Positions 29,315 through 38,880 of a stretch of DNA of 64,000 nucleotides are shown in pieces. Source of the DNA: Candidatus Limnocylindrales bacterium (lineage in GTDB: Bacteria; Moduliflexota; Moduliflexia; Moduliflexales; JAUQPW01); contig DATMBG010000058.1 of NCBI GenBank assembly GCA_035559535.1, positions 124,001 through 188,000 of the forward strand, written 5' to 3'. Below the pieces are notes generated by a model. It was not told the origin of the DNA, searched no databases, and worked only from the letters and a program-made list of their open reading frames with translations. Both the position numbers and the translations under genes were made by a program. The number at the start of each line of letters is the position of its first letter. The first letter of the stretch is position 1.

Positions 29315-30785
29315 CATCGGGTCGGGCTTTCCAATTGAGTCGATTGTTGACCCCATAGATATCCTCCTGTTCATAGAGAAAAACCCAGGCGGCATCTTCC
29401 ACGATGAGTTCAGCAGCTTTATGATACAACTCTCGCCGTTTGTTTTCATCCATGGTTATCCGGGCTTCTTCAATAAGCTTATCAAATTCCGGATTGCTGT
29501 AGTTAGATAGGAGTTCTCCGGTGTGAAAGAGGGGAAAGTAGGTATTATCGGCATCGTAGGTACTATTTCCCCAGCCCAGTAGATAAACAGGACCCGGTTT
29601 ATGGGTATACATCATGTTAACATAATTACCCCATTCATGGGTTTTTACCTGAGTACGAATCCCTACCTTTTGCCATTGCCCGGCGATGGCTTCTGCAATT
29701 TGCTTATCATTCAAGTAACGTCCGTCGGGAGAGTTTAAGATAAGGTCGAATCCGTTGGGGTACCCAGCCTCTGCCAGTAGTTTCTTAGCCTTATCGGGAT
29801 CAAAGGGGTAGGGCTGGATGTCGGGGTTGTATCCAAAATGGTCTTTGGTCAAAGGAGTTGCTACCCGGAAACCATGTCCTTCCAGAACGTTTTTTATCAG
29901 GCTATTGACATCGACCGCATAGTTGAGAGCCTGCCGGACCCGTTTATCGGCTACAGGTCCTCCATGGAGGGTATCGATTCCCACAAAAATGACCCGAACG
30001 CTGGGGGCTGTGGAAATAAAAGCCTGTCCACTTCCTTCGATTTGAGGGACCAGGTTGGGAGGAACATTGGTGATAATATCCACATCTCCGGTTAGAAGGG
30101 CTGCTACCCGTGTGGTTGCTTCCGGTATAGGTCGAAAGATGACCGTTTTAACGGAAGGAGCTCCACGAAAGTAGGAAGGATTTGCTTCCATGACCAGTTG
30201 ATCGTCTTTAGTCCATTTCACGAACCTGAAAGCTCCGGTTCCTACCGGATGGGTGGCAATATAGGTATCTCCTTTTTCTTTAACATATTTAGGCGGAACA
30301 ATGGAACCATACAGGCATAGAAAAGCAGGAAGGGGGGCAAAGGGCTCTTTAGTTACAATATGAACGGTATACTCATCGATGATCTCCACATGGTCCAGGA
30401 ACTTAAGACTGGACAGTTGCTTCATTTTGTTCTCCGGGTTGGCAATGCGCTCCAGGCTGAATTTGACGGCTTCAGCATTAAAATCCTCTCCGTTGTGAAA
30501 TTTAATCCCCCGTCGAAGTTTGAATTCCCAGATTTTATCGTCGATCAGCCTGTAAGATTCTGCCAGTAATGGCTCAATCTTGAGATCCGGGGTTCTCCGA
30601 AGTAAGGTATCGAACATATTCAAAAGAACATTAAAGGCCGGAGTCTCCTGATGATTGTGGGGGTCCAAGGTAGAGGGATCTACGCCCTGGGCCACCACCA
30701 CCTGACCTTGAGGTTCTGCAGAAGCCGGGGAGAAGTTTAAAGCCAGGATAAAAAGGATTCCCAACAGGAAAGGGGATTTTTTCAT
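29277..30785 (-). CDS. ABC transporter family-5 (peptide/nickel) substrate-binding protein
   Basis: Signal peptide, LDPH, FKLRRGIKFHNGEDFNAEAVKFS, PVGTGAF, VRQALNYAVD. Confidence 0.94.
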   Translation of the reverse strand: MKKSPFLLGILFILALNFSPASAEPQGQVVVAQGVDPSTLDPHNHQETPAFNVLLNMFDTLLRRTPDLKIEPLLAESYRLIDDKIWEFKLRRGIKFHNGEDFNAEAVKFSLERIANPENKMKQLSSLKFLDHVEIIDEYTVHIVTKEPFAPLPAFLCLYGSIVPPKYVKEKGDTYIATHPVGTGAFRFVKWTKDDQLVMEANPSYFRGAPSVKTVIFRPIPEATTRVAALLTGDVDIITNVPPNLVPQIEGSGQAFISTAPSVRVIFVGIDTLHGGPVADKRVRQALNYAVDVNSLIKNVLEGHGFRVATPLTKDHFGYNPDIQPYPFDPDKAKKLLAEAGYPNGFDLILNSPDGRYLNDKQIAEAIAGQWQKVGIRTQVKTHEWGNYVNMMYTHKPGPVYLLGWGNSTYDADNTYFPLFHTGELLSNYSNPEFDKLIEEARITMDENKRRELYHKAAELIVEDAAWVFLYEQEDIYGVNNRLNWKARPDEGLVMFDVTIKK

Positions 30786-30865
30786 AGTTATGTTTTCCCC
30801 AAGGGACCACGAAGAACCCTCGACGGGGATAAGACTTCCTGGCCCTTCAGGGATAGATAAACGGT

Positions 30866-31786
30866 TTAGATTTCCAATCTTGGATCCAGCGTATCCCGGA
30901 TCCAGTCTCCTAATAAATTAATTCCCAGTACGGTCAACATGATGGCCAGCCCTGGAAAAGTCGCCAGCCACCAGGCATTATAGAGATACTGACGCCCGTC
31001 GTTGAGCATTCCCCCCCAGGTCGGTGTAGGGGGTTGAACCCCTAACCCCAGGAAACTCAAAGCAGACTCCAGGATAATCATGCGGGCAACTTCTAAGGTA
31101 GCAATAACAATTCCCGGACTGATTACATTGGGAAGAATGTGACGAAAGAGGATTCTAAGGTTTTGGCCTCCCAAAGCATGGATTGCTTCAATGAATTCCA
31201 GCTCTCGAACCGACAATACTTCAGCTCGAATCACCCGGGCATAAACGACCCAGCCGGTAATTCCGAGGACGATGATAATATTTCTTAAACTGGGACCCAG
31301 GACTGCTACGACGGCAATAGACAGGAGGATAAAAGGAAAAGCCAATTGGATATCGGCCAGGCGCATAAAAATATCATCCAACCAACTCCCATAATAACCG
31401 GCGATCAAGCCGATGAGAATCCCGATGGTTCCTGAGATAAGAACTGCTGAAAGCCCTACAATGAGGGAAATTCGGGCGCCATAGATCAATCGACTGAGAA
31501 TGTCCCGTCCTAAATGATCCGTACCGAGAAGATGCTCTCGACTTCCTTTAGGATCCCAGACAGGGGGTTTAAGGCGGTTATTGATATCTTGAGCGATAGG
31601 ATCGTGGGGAGCCAGATAGGGGGCCAAAAGAGCTGAAGCTACCACGATGAAGAGGATAAAAAGTCCCGCCAGGGCGGCTTTACTTTTAAATAGACTTCGA
31701 GCAATCTTTCTGAATTCGATCCCTTTTTCCAATTGAGCCAGGCTTGATTCGCCGTGAGCTTTGTCTACTGCTTCGAGTGCCTCCAT
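30866..31786 (-). CDS. Peptide ABC permease (DppC-like)
   Basis: HLLGTDHLGRDILSRLIYGARISL, EAA-like loop, ESALSFLGLG. Confidence 0.94.
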   Translation of the reverse strand: MEALEAVDKAHGESSLAQLEKGIEFRKIARSLFKSKAALAGLFILFIVVASALLAPYLAPHDPIAQDINNRLKPPVWDPKGSREHLLGTDHLGRDILSRLIYGARISLIVGLSAVLISGTIGILIGLIAGYYGSWLDDIFMRLADIQLAFPFILLSIAVVAVLGPSLRNIIIVLGITGWVVYARVIRAEVLSVRELEFIEAIHALGGQNLRILFRHILPNVISPGIVIATLEVARMIILESALSFLGLGVQPPTPTWGGMLNDGRQYLYNAWWLATFPGLAIMLTVLGINLLGDWIRDTLDPRLEI

Positions 31787-31790
31787 TTAT

Positions 31791-31920
31791 AGTATGGGAG
31801 TGTGGGAGTATGAAAGTATGGAGGTATGGAGGTCTAGAGGTATGGGAGTATGGGAGAATCTACACCCATACTCCCACACTTCCACACTCCCATACACCCA
31901 TACACTTCTTTACTCCCACT
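31791..31920. repeat. 8-nt tandem-repeat palindrome between the two permease genes
   Basis: (GGGAGTAT)n arm followed by (ACTCCCAT/ACAC)n arm. Confidence 0.9.
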
Positions 31921-31924
31921 CAAC

Positions 31925-32842
31925 TTACTCATATCGAACCCGCGGATCCAGGTAAGTATACAAAATATCCACCACAAAATTAATTAGAACAAAAATACAG
32001 GCCAGGGTAAAGACGGCTGCCTGAACGACGGGAAAATCTCGATTATAGATGGCTTGAACCGTCAACCGACCCACACCGGGCCAGGCAAAAATCGTCTCGG
32101 TGATGATGGCCCCGCCCAGTAAGGTTCCCATTTCAAGTCCAATAACGGTAACAATGGGTATAGCGGCATTTTTAAGGGCATGACGGAGAATCACCGACCA
32201 GGGCGGGACCCCCTTGGCCCGGGCCGTCCGGATGTATTCCTGTCCCAAAATTTCTAACATCTCAGATCGGGTTAGGCGGGCCGTACGGGCCATGGTAAAC
32301 ATACCCAAAGTCAAGGCAGGTAAAATGAGATGATCAATTCCTCCCATACCGAAAGAGGGAAGCAATCGTAATTTTACACCGAAAATGAGGATCAACATAA
32401 TGCCCAACCAGAAAACCGGCATAGACTGCCCTAAAAGGGCTATGACCATACCCACATGATCCAGCAAAGAATTCCGTTTCACAGCAGAAAGAATCCCTAT
32501 AGGGACTGCTATGGAAACCGAGATAAGCATGGCTGCCAAGGTAAGCTGAACGGTTGCAGGCATGCGATCCCATACCAGCTGAAGCGCAGGTTGATTGTGA
32601 CGGAAGGAAAGCCCAAAATCGCCATGAAGGGCTCCTTTAAGGAAACGTCCATACTGCACAATTAAAGGATCATCAAATCCCATCTCGTGGCGGAATCTCG
32701 CTCTATCTTCAGCCGTAGCTTCCTGAGGTAGCAAAAGGGCCGTGGGATCACCGGTTAAATGCAGGATGGCAAAGGTTACAATGGAGACTCCAAGTAAAAC
32801 TAAGAGGGTCTGAAAAAATCGTCGGATTAGATGCTTCTTCAC
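31925..32842 (-). CDS. Peptide ABC permease (DppB-like)
   Basis: GDFGLSF, HLILPALTLG, YIRTARAKG, ETIFAWPGVG, LDPRVR; GTG start. Confidence 0.94.
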   Translation of the reverse strand: MKKHLIRRFFQTLLVLLGVSIVTFAILHLTGDPTALLLPQEATAEDRARFRHEMGFDDPLIVQYGRFLKGALHGDFGLSFRHNQPALQLVWDRMPATVQLTLAAMLISVSIAVPIGILSAVKRNSLLDHVGMVIALLGQSMPVFWLGIMLILIFGVKLRLLPSFGMGGIDHLILPALTLGMFTMARTARLTRSEMLEILGQEYIRTARAKGVPPWSVILRHALKNAAIPIVTVIGLEMGTLLGGAIITETIFAWPGVGRLTVQAIYNRDFPVVQAAVFTLACIFVLINFVVDILYTYLDPRVRYE

Positions 32843-32859
32843 CTGAGTTATGGGTTATG

Positions 32860-33015
32860 AAAAAGTGTCCTGCCGTTGTGAGGAAGTCCCTGGATGAAAC
32901 CCAGCACTTATCCCCGGCTTGTTAAGGGAATAACTTCCATGATGAAACGACAGGGGGAGCCTGTAGGGAATTGGGAATATCCCTTTACGACCAGGACTTC
33001 TCACAATGGCAACCT
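32860..33015 (-). ncRNA. Candidate structured cis-regulatory RNA (unassigned)
   Basis: Four nested helices with three G-U pairs valid on the minus strand, plus an alternative long pairing; see findings. Confidence 0.45.
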
Positions 33016-33149
33016 TTCTTCACCGATTACCTTGATTTTATACATGTATTCTCCGGCATGCAAGAAAAATAACTGGAGTTTTTTTATTGACTTAGGGTTC
33101 TTCATTAAATAATATAAAAAAAAGAGCTTCACAGGTGAGGAAATTTTCC

Positions 33150-34028
33150 ATGGAACTTAAGCAAATTAATCCCTATGTTTTTTACCTGCCGGGTCCCGCT
33201 AATATTGGCGTGGTTATTCATCGGAATAAAGCGGTTCTTATCGATACAGGGGTGGATGAAGGAGGGGCTCGAAAAGTTTTAAAAGACCTGGAAAGTAAAC
33301 ATATCCAGATCCATGCCATTATCAATACCCATGCCCACGCAGATCATTTCGGAGGTAATCACTATATTATCAGAAGAACCGGCGCCCTCGTCTATGCCCC
33401 GGATATTGAAGAAGCTTTTATCCGAAATCCTATTCTGGAACCCTTTTATCTGTACGGAGCGGCTCCCATCGATAGGTTAAAAAGCAAGTTCCTGATGGCC
33501 CAGGGAAGCAAAGTCGATTATATCGTCCAAAATAGGATGGAGATTATTGGACTGGAATTTCAGTTTATACCTATTCCAGGCCATTCCATTAATCAGATGG
33601 GAATAGGGGTTCAGGAGGTATTTTTCTGTGCCGACGCCATTTTTCCTCCTGAAATCATTGAGAAGTATAAAATTCTCTACTGCTATGATGTGAAGCAACA
33701 AAAAGAGACCCTGACCGGGATGAAAACCCTTTCCTTCAAGTACTATTTACCCATCCATGGGGAACTCAGTACCGATATTTCTGGCTCTATCGATTTGAAT
33801 TTGAAGAGTATTGAAAGGTTAGAAAATCTGATCCTGGAAGTTCTGGATGTCCCTAAAGGAACAGAGGAGCTCATCAAGGCGGTAGCAGATCGTTACCATC
33901 TGGACTTAAATTTTGAGCAATATTTTCTAACAGGAAATACCCTGAAGAGTTACCTATCTTCCCTGAAAACAGAGGGAAAAGTGGATTGTAAAGTGGAAAG
34001 GAACATCTTGAAATGGTATAAAACGTAG
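33150..34028 (+). CDS. MBL-fold metallo-hydrolase
   Basis: IDTG, NTHAHADHFGG, PGHS, ADA, PIHG. Confidence 0.92.
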   Translation: MELKQINPYVFYLPGPANIGVVIHRNKAVLIDTGVDEGGARKVLKDLESKHIQIHAIINTHAHADHFGGNHYIIRRTGALVYAPDIEEAFIRNPILEPFYLYGAAPIDRLKSKFLMAQGSKVDYIVQNRMEIIGLEFQFIPIPGHSINQMGIGVQEVFFCADAIFPPEIIEKYKILYCYDVKQQKETLTGMKTLSFKYYLPIHGELSTDISGSIDLNLKSIERLENLILEVLDVPKGTEELIKAVADRYHLDLNFEQYFLTGNTLKSYLSSLKTEGKVDCKVERNILKWYKT

Positions 34029-34140
34029 CACTTATTAAACGCATTAAAGAAAAGATTTAACGAACTCCGGACCAGAATAGTCTGCTTTTTAATCTCCCTC
34101 CAGGGATAGGTATTAGAGAGCTATCTGATATTTTAAAAAT

Positions 34141-34962
34141 TTATTTTCTAAACCGTTTGAGCAAATCTCTGGCACCTGTGGCCAGGATCCCCGCATCGTT
34201 TCCGATGGCGATCATTTGATATCCTTGTTGAATATAGGATTCTACTTCATCCAAACTGATGGCATAAAGACCGGCTGCAATGCCTGCTTTTTTACTGGCT
34301 TCCAGAACCCTATCAATGGCCTGAAGAACTTTGGGATGGGTGACTTGGGTGATGAGACCCATGGAAGCGGCGAGATCTTGGGGACCTATAAAGTAGCAAT
34401 CGATTCCCTCCACTTTAAAGATTTCGTCTATATTATTTACGGCCTCTATATGTTCGATTTGGATAATGACCATAATCTCGTCGTTGGCGGTTTTCACGTA
34501 GTCGTTCATTTCGAGGTAATAGTGGGACGGTCGCATTGGACCGATTCCTCGGATGCCTTGAGGAGGATATTTACACGCCTTTACGGCCAGTTCGGCACTC
34601 CGTCGGTCGTTGATCATGGGGATTAAAACACCCTGAGCCCCCATATCCAGGACCCGTTTAATAAGGACCGGATCATTCCAGGCGACTCGAACAATGGGGG
34701 TAGCATCGGATCCGTTCATAGCCTGAAGGTGATGGAGACAGGTTCTCAGATCAAGAGAACCATGCTCGGCATCAATAACCAACCAGTCGAATCCCACATA
34801 AGCCATAATTTCGGCTATCTCCGGGCATCCCATGCCGATAAACGCGCCCAATGTAGCCTCTCCGGCTTGAAGTTTCTGCTTTGTTTTATTTTTCCTAGTT
34901 TTGGGGTTTTTGGCCGGGTTAGATTCCTTAGGGGGCAACTTAGATCTTGTCCTGTTTTTCAT
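34141..34962 (-). CDS. HpcH/HpaI aldolase family
   Basis: DWLVIDAEHG, KRVLDMGA, YPPQGIRG, QIE, FIGPQDL. Confidence 0.93.
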   Translation of the reverse strand: MKNRTRSKLPPKESNPAKNPKTRKNKTKQKLQAGEATLGAFIGMGCPEIAEIMAYVGFDWLVIDAEHGSLDLRTCLHHLQAMNGSDATPIVRVAWNDPVLIKRVLDMGAQGVLIPMINDRRSAELAVKACKYPPQGIRGIGPMRPSHYYLEMNDYVKTANDEIMVIIQIEHIEAVNNIDEIFKVEGIDCYFIGPQDLAASMGLITQVTHPKVLQAIDRVLEASKKAGIAAGLYAISLDEVESYIQQGYQMIAIGNDAGILATGARDLLKRFRK

Positions 34963-35252
34963 AAGATCCTATCCTTTCTTTCGTGGGGCGATCCCATACA
35001 CGATTTTGATTTTTAAAATTTACTTGCTATTGCAGGTATTCTAAATTACAGTTTTACTGGCTAAGGTTATAGTCAATCAGGTATGTCTTTGCTGGGGTTT
35101 AGAATTTTAACAGGTTATCTCAGGAAAGGTATTTACCATCTGGTAAGTTGTCAACGGTTTTTTATAGGTTTTTAAAGTTTCTTCATCTTGAGAAATAGAT
35201 CTTTTAAGATCCCCCTTGACAATTTTTAAGAATCTTCCCAGATTAACCCTTG

Positions 35253-36743
35253 ATGCCAGAGTATATTCCTAAAAAACGAAGGATTTACTTATTAAATGGG
35301 CTTCCACCCGAAGTCGTGGCCGTAGCCTTTGCTAAAACCAGTCGATCCCCTGAATCTTTTGATGTGATCGCAAAAGAATTAACTGAAGAGAAATCCTCTC
35401 AATTCCATGAAAAATGGGTGGTAGGTTATGGTCATCAGAGCGTAGCCGAGCATGCAGTTCTCAGTATTGCCATTGAGAATGTGTCTCGATATGCGGTGGA
35501 AACCATCGAAAGTAATCGTCTGGCAGCTTATACGGAAAAATCTTCCCGCTATCAGATTTTTACTTTGAACGATTTTTATATTCCGGAGGAAATCGAGCAC
35601 TCTCCGTATAAGGATTTATATACCGAAACCTGTATTTATTTACTGGAGACCTATCAGCGGATCCAGCGCAAGCTGGAAGAATATGTAAAAAGCCGAGGTC
35701 TTGTACCCAGGAAAGAGGGAGAAAGCGATCGGGGCTATGAGGCAAGGGTTCGTGCCTTTGCTTTGGATCGATCCAGATTTTTGATGCCCATCGCCGCCCT
35801 GGCCAATGTAGGGATGACCATCAACGCCAGGAGCCTGGAACATGCCATTACGAAAATGCTTTCCAGTCCTCTCAGTGAAGTGAGGAAAATCGGGGAGACT
35901 TTAAAAGAAGAATGCCGTAAGGTGGTTCCCACTTTGCTCAAGTATGTAAGTCCGAGTCCCTATCTTATGGAAACCCAGGCAGCCCTTGGTAAGTTGGTGG
36001 AAAGTTTAGATAAAGATGGGAAGAGGGAGGTAGGAGAGTGGGAAGGTAGGGAAGTTTTATTTTCGGCCTCCTCATCTCCCTACCCTTCCCGACCCTCCTA
36101 CTCATCCGATTCTGTAACGCTTCTGGACTATGATCCCGAGGCCGAAGATAAACTGGTGATTGCTTTACTTTATAAGTTTTCCCATCTGTCCTATCAGGAG
36201 TTGCAGAGGGTGGTTAAAAAAATGACTGCAGCCGAAAAAGAGCGGGTGATTGATGAAGCTTTGCGACGGTTAAAGGATTTTGATACCCCTCTTCGAGAAT
36301 TGGAGTATATTGGCTATACCTTTGACTGTCTCATGGATTATGGGGCATATTTCGATTTAAAACGGCATCGAATGTGTACGCAAACCCCCCAGGAGCCGAC
36401 GATTGCCCATGGATTTGTTTTACCCCCCCTGGTCGAGGAGGCCGGATTAAAAGAGGATTTTCTGGAAAGTATCCGAAAGGCAGAGACCGCTTATGAACGG
36501 ATTTCTTCATTGTTTCCCCAGGAAGCCAGGTATTTAATCCTGAATGCCCATAAACGGCGAATGCTCTGGCATATGAATCTAAGGGAGGTCTACCACGTGG
36601 TTCGGCTCCGCAGTAAACCTCAAGGTCATTTTACTTACCGAAAAGTGGCTCAGGAAATTTACAAATTGGTAAGCCACGTTCACCCGATCATAGCCCGATA
36701 TTTGCAGGTTAATCTGGAGGATCTCAGTGTGCGCCCCCCTTAA
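35253..36743 (+). CDS. thyX: FAD-dependent thymidylate synthase, tandem-domain form
   Basis: GHQSVAEH, EKSSRY, NARSLEH in domain 1; DLKRHR, MNLRE, LRSKPQGH in domain 2. Confidence 0.88.
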   Translation: MPEYIPKKRRIYLLNGLPPEVVAVAFAKTSRSPESFDVIAKELTEEKSSQFHEKWVVGYGHQSVAEHAVLSIAIENVSRYAVETIESNRLAAYTEKSSRYQIFTLNDFYIPEEIEHSPYKDLYTETCIYLLETYQRIQRKLEEYVKSRGLVPRKEGESDRGYEARVRAFALDRSRFLMPIAALANVGMTINARSLEHAITKMLSSPLSEVRKIGETLKEECRKVVPTLLKYVSPSPYLMETQAALGKLVESLDKDGKREVGEWEGREVLFSASSSPYPSRPSYSSDSVTLLDYDPEAEDKLVIALLYKFSHLSYQELQRVVKKMTAAEKERVIDEALRRLKDFDTPLRELEYIGYTFDCLMDYGAYFDLKRHRMCTQTPQEPTIAHGFVLPPLVEEAGLKEDFLESIRKAETAYERISSLFPQEARYLILNAHKRRMLWHMNLREVYHVVRLRSKPQGHFTYRKVAQEIYKLVSHVHPIIARYLQVNLEDLSVRPP

Positions 36744-36774
36744 AATATCCTAAAATATAGGGAAACAAAAATGC

Positions 36775-36803
36775 TTGACAAGTTAGAGAGTGTTTGCTAA
36801 CGT
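36775..36803 (+). promoter_or_regulatory. Putative sigma70 promoter
   Basis: TTGACA-17 nt-TAACGT upstream of the bactofilin gene. Confidence 0.55.
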
Positions 36804-36893
36804 TAGGTACGACAAGAATTTATAACTCTTTTTAAATAGCGATCTTAGAAGCAGAGGTTTATCATTAAATTTTCTTAAAAAGGAGGACTAATT

Positions 36894-37478
36894 GTGGCAC
36901 TCTTTGGAAGGCCAAAATCAGAGCCTGAACCTGAGCATACAAATCCAGAAGTAACTGCTGTGAACCATAAAGAGAAGGAGTCCAGTAAAATTCCTAAACG
37001 ACCTGCTTCACCGGCCCAAATGGGACCCTCACGAAAAGAAGGGATGACGGTGATCGGAAAAAGTATTACCATTAAAGGGGAGCTTTCCGGTGAGGAAGAT
37101 ATTAAGGTAGAAGGTAGGGTCGAGGGTCGTATCATTGTAAAACGAAATGTATTGGTCGGCCAAACCGGGGTGATTGAAGCTGATATCGAAGCTGAAAATA
37201 TCAGCATCGCGGGAACGGTCATGGGAAATATTAAAGCCGGAAATAAGGTGGAAATTGTCTCTACCGGCAGGATGAACGGAGATATCAAGGCACCTCGGGT
37301 TATTGTAGCAGAAGGGGCTCACTTTAAGGGTAATGTGGACATGGATACAAGTTCCAGAACCCCGGGAACTATGGGAAATAGCAGTTTGAAAGTGAAGGAT
37401 TCGGAGATTTTATCTCAAATTACACGAGATATTCCCTCGAGTTTTGAAGAAATCCCTGAGGATGAGCTGGTAGAATAG
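36894..37478 (+). CDS. Bactofilin (polymer-forming cytoskeletal protein)
   Basis: TVIGKSITIKGEL...IEADIEA...GNIKA...VAEGAHFKGNVDM; AGGAGG RBS, GTG start. Confidence 0.93.
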   Translation: MALFGRPKSEPEPEHTNPEVTAVNHKEKESSKIPKRPASPAQMGPSRKEGMTVIGKSITIKGELSGEEDIKVEGRVEGRIIVKRNVLVGQTGVIEADIEAENISIAGTVMGNIKAGNKVEIVSTGRMNGDIKAPRVIVAEGAHFKGNVDMDTSSRTPGTMGNSSLKVKDSEILSQITRDIPSSFEEIPEDELVE

Positions 37479-37537
37479 GGGTATGCATCCAAGTGCCTCT
37501 ATGGTTCAGTTTTGTTTTTAGGTTGGGAGATAGCGAT

Positions 37538-37924
37538 ATGTACCCGGAGGATTTAAAATATACCAAGGAGCATGAGTGGGTTCGAGTCGTGGGAAACAAA
37601 GCCATTGTAGGTATCACAGAGTTCGCCCAGGATCAATTGGGCGATGTGGTTTTTATAGAATTACCGGAAGTTGGGGAGAAGGTTAAGCAGTTTGAGTCTT
37701 TTGGCACCATTGAATCGGTCAAAGCGGTTTCGGATCTTTATGCCCCTTTAAGTGGAGAAGTCGTAAAAGTCAATGATGCCCTGGAGGACGAACCAGAGCG
37801 GGTCAACAAGGATCCCTATGGTGAGGGCTGGATGCTTGAAATAGAAATCAAAAACCCTGCTGAGTTAAATAACCTCATTTCCGCCAAGGAATATGAGGCT
37901 TACATCAAAGACCAGGCTAAGTGA
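37538..37924 (+). CDS. gcvH: Glycine cleavage H protein / lipoyl carrier
   Basis: YTKEHEW, GITEFAQDQLGDVVF, ESVKAVSD (lipoyl Lys), NKDPYGEGW. Confidence 0.96.
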   Translation: MYPEDLKYTKEHEWVRVVGNKAIVGITEFAQDQLGDVVFIELPEVGEKVKQFESFGTIESVKAVSDLYAPLSGEVVKVNDALEDEPERVNKDPYGEGWMLEIEIKNPAELNNLISAKEYEAYIKDQAK

Positions 37925-37933
37925 TTGATAAAA

Positions 37934-37961
37934 GTAGCGGCACGGCGCGCCGTGCCCTTAC
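37934..37961. repeat. GTAG-type REP-like palindrome
   Basis: GTAGCGGCACGGCGCGCCGTGCCCTTAC. Confidence 0.7.
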
Positions 37962-37983
37962 AAGATAAGAGCTTTTTATTCCT

Positions 37984-38811
37984 TTGAATATAGAGGCTGC
38001 GCGATGTTGGAGGCTCATTTTAGATAGCGGAGATATAGATGGCTATCTCCATATGGCCATCGATGAGGCTATTTTGTGGTCTTGTCAGGAGGGTCAGGCC
38101 CCTCCTACTTTACGATTTTATACGTGGGATCACCCGACGCTTTCCGTTGGCTACTCTCAGAAGGTTTCTAAGGAATTCGATATTACAACATGTCAGAAGT
38201 TAAAATATCCTGTTGTCCGCCGAATTACAGGCGGAAGGGCTGTTTTACATGATCAAGAAGTTACCTACAGCGTTGTGATCTCCCAGGTAGATCCGCTTTT
38301 TTCAAGAGGCGTTCTACAAGCCTATCGTAACCTGGCAACCGGTCTACTTAGAGGATGTAGAATACTCGGTATAAATGCTCAAATGACTCCAAAACCCCGA
38401 GAGAAACCCCTTCAATCCCATAGATCACCCGTATGCTTTTCTTCTGCTTCCTGGTACGAAATCCTGGTAGAAGGAAAAAAGCTTATCGGAAGTGCCCAAA
38501 AACGATTCCAGAATGCCTTGCTACAGCAAGGATCCATCTTGATGGGATTTAATCCACAACGCTGGGTGGATATTTTACGTGTTAAATCTACAACCCTTCT
38601 CGAGCAGCTTGTTTGCCATACTACTTCGATAAAGGACCATATCCCGGAGGGTGTTTCTCGGGAAAGGGTTATCTCGGCCATGATAAGAGGTTTTGAACAG
38701 GTCCATGGGATAACTTTTCAGGAAACAGGCTTGACCGTATTAGAATGGGAACGGGCTCATTATCTTTATCGTACAAAATATTCTCAGGATACCTGGAATT
38801 ATCGATTTTAA
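37984..38811 (+). CDS. Lipoate-protein ligase / octanoyltransferase (LipM-like)
   Basis: MAIDEA, PTLRFYTW, VRRITGGRAVLH, CF, GKKLIGSAQ, LQQGSI. Confidence 0.9.
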   Translation: MNIEAARCWRLILDSGDIDGYLHMAIDEAILWSCQEGQAPPTLRFYTWDHPTLSVGYSQKVSKEFDITTCQKLKYPVVRRITGGRAVLHDQEVTYSVVISQVDPLFSRGVLQAYRNLATGLLRGCRILGINAQMTPKPREKPLQSHRSPVCFSSASWYEILVEGKKLIGSAQKRFQNALLQQGSILMGFNPQRWVDILRVKSTTLLEQLVCHTTSIKDHIPEGVSRERVISAMIRGFEQVHGITFQETGLTVLEWERAHYLYRTKYSQDTWNYRF

Positions 38812-38880
38812 TCCTATTATCATTTCATGGGAACACTGAAATGACTTCAGTGCGCCAATTTGGAGGAGAGGGAGTAAAGA

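Noticed and set aside
31744..31983. Short ORFs with VWEYG/HTPTLP repeats (also 59396-59587)
   Set aside because: Translations of the octamer repeat element, not independent genes.
32880..32892. RNase P-like GAGGAAGTCC or hammerhead-like TGATGAAAC
   Set aside because: The other conserved elements are missing and the region is too short for RNase P.
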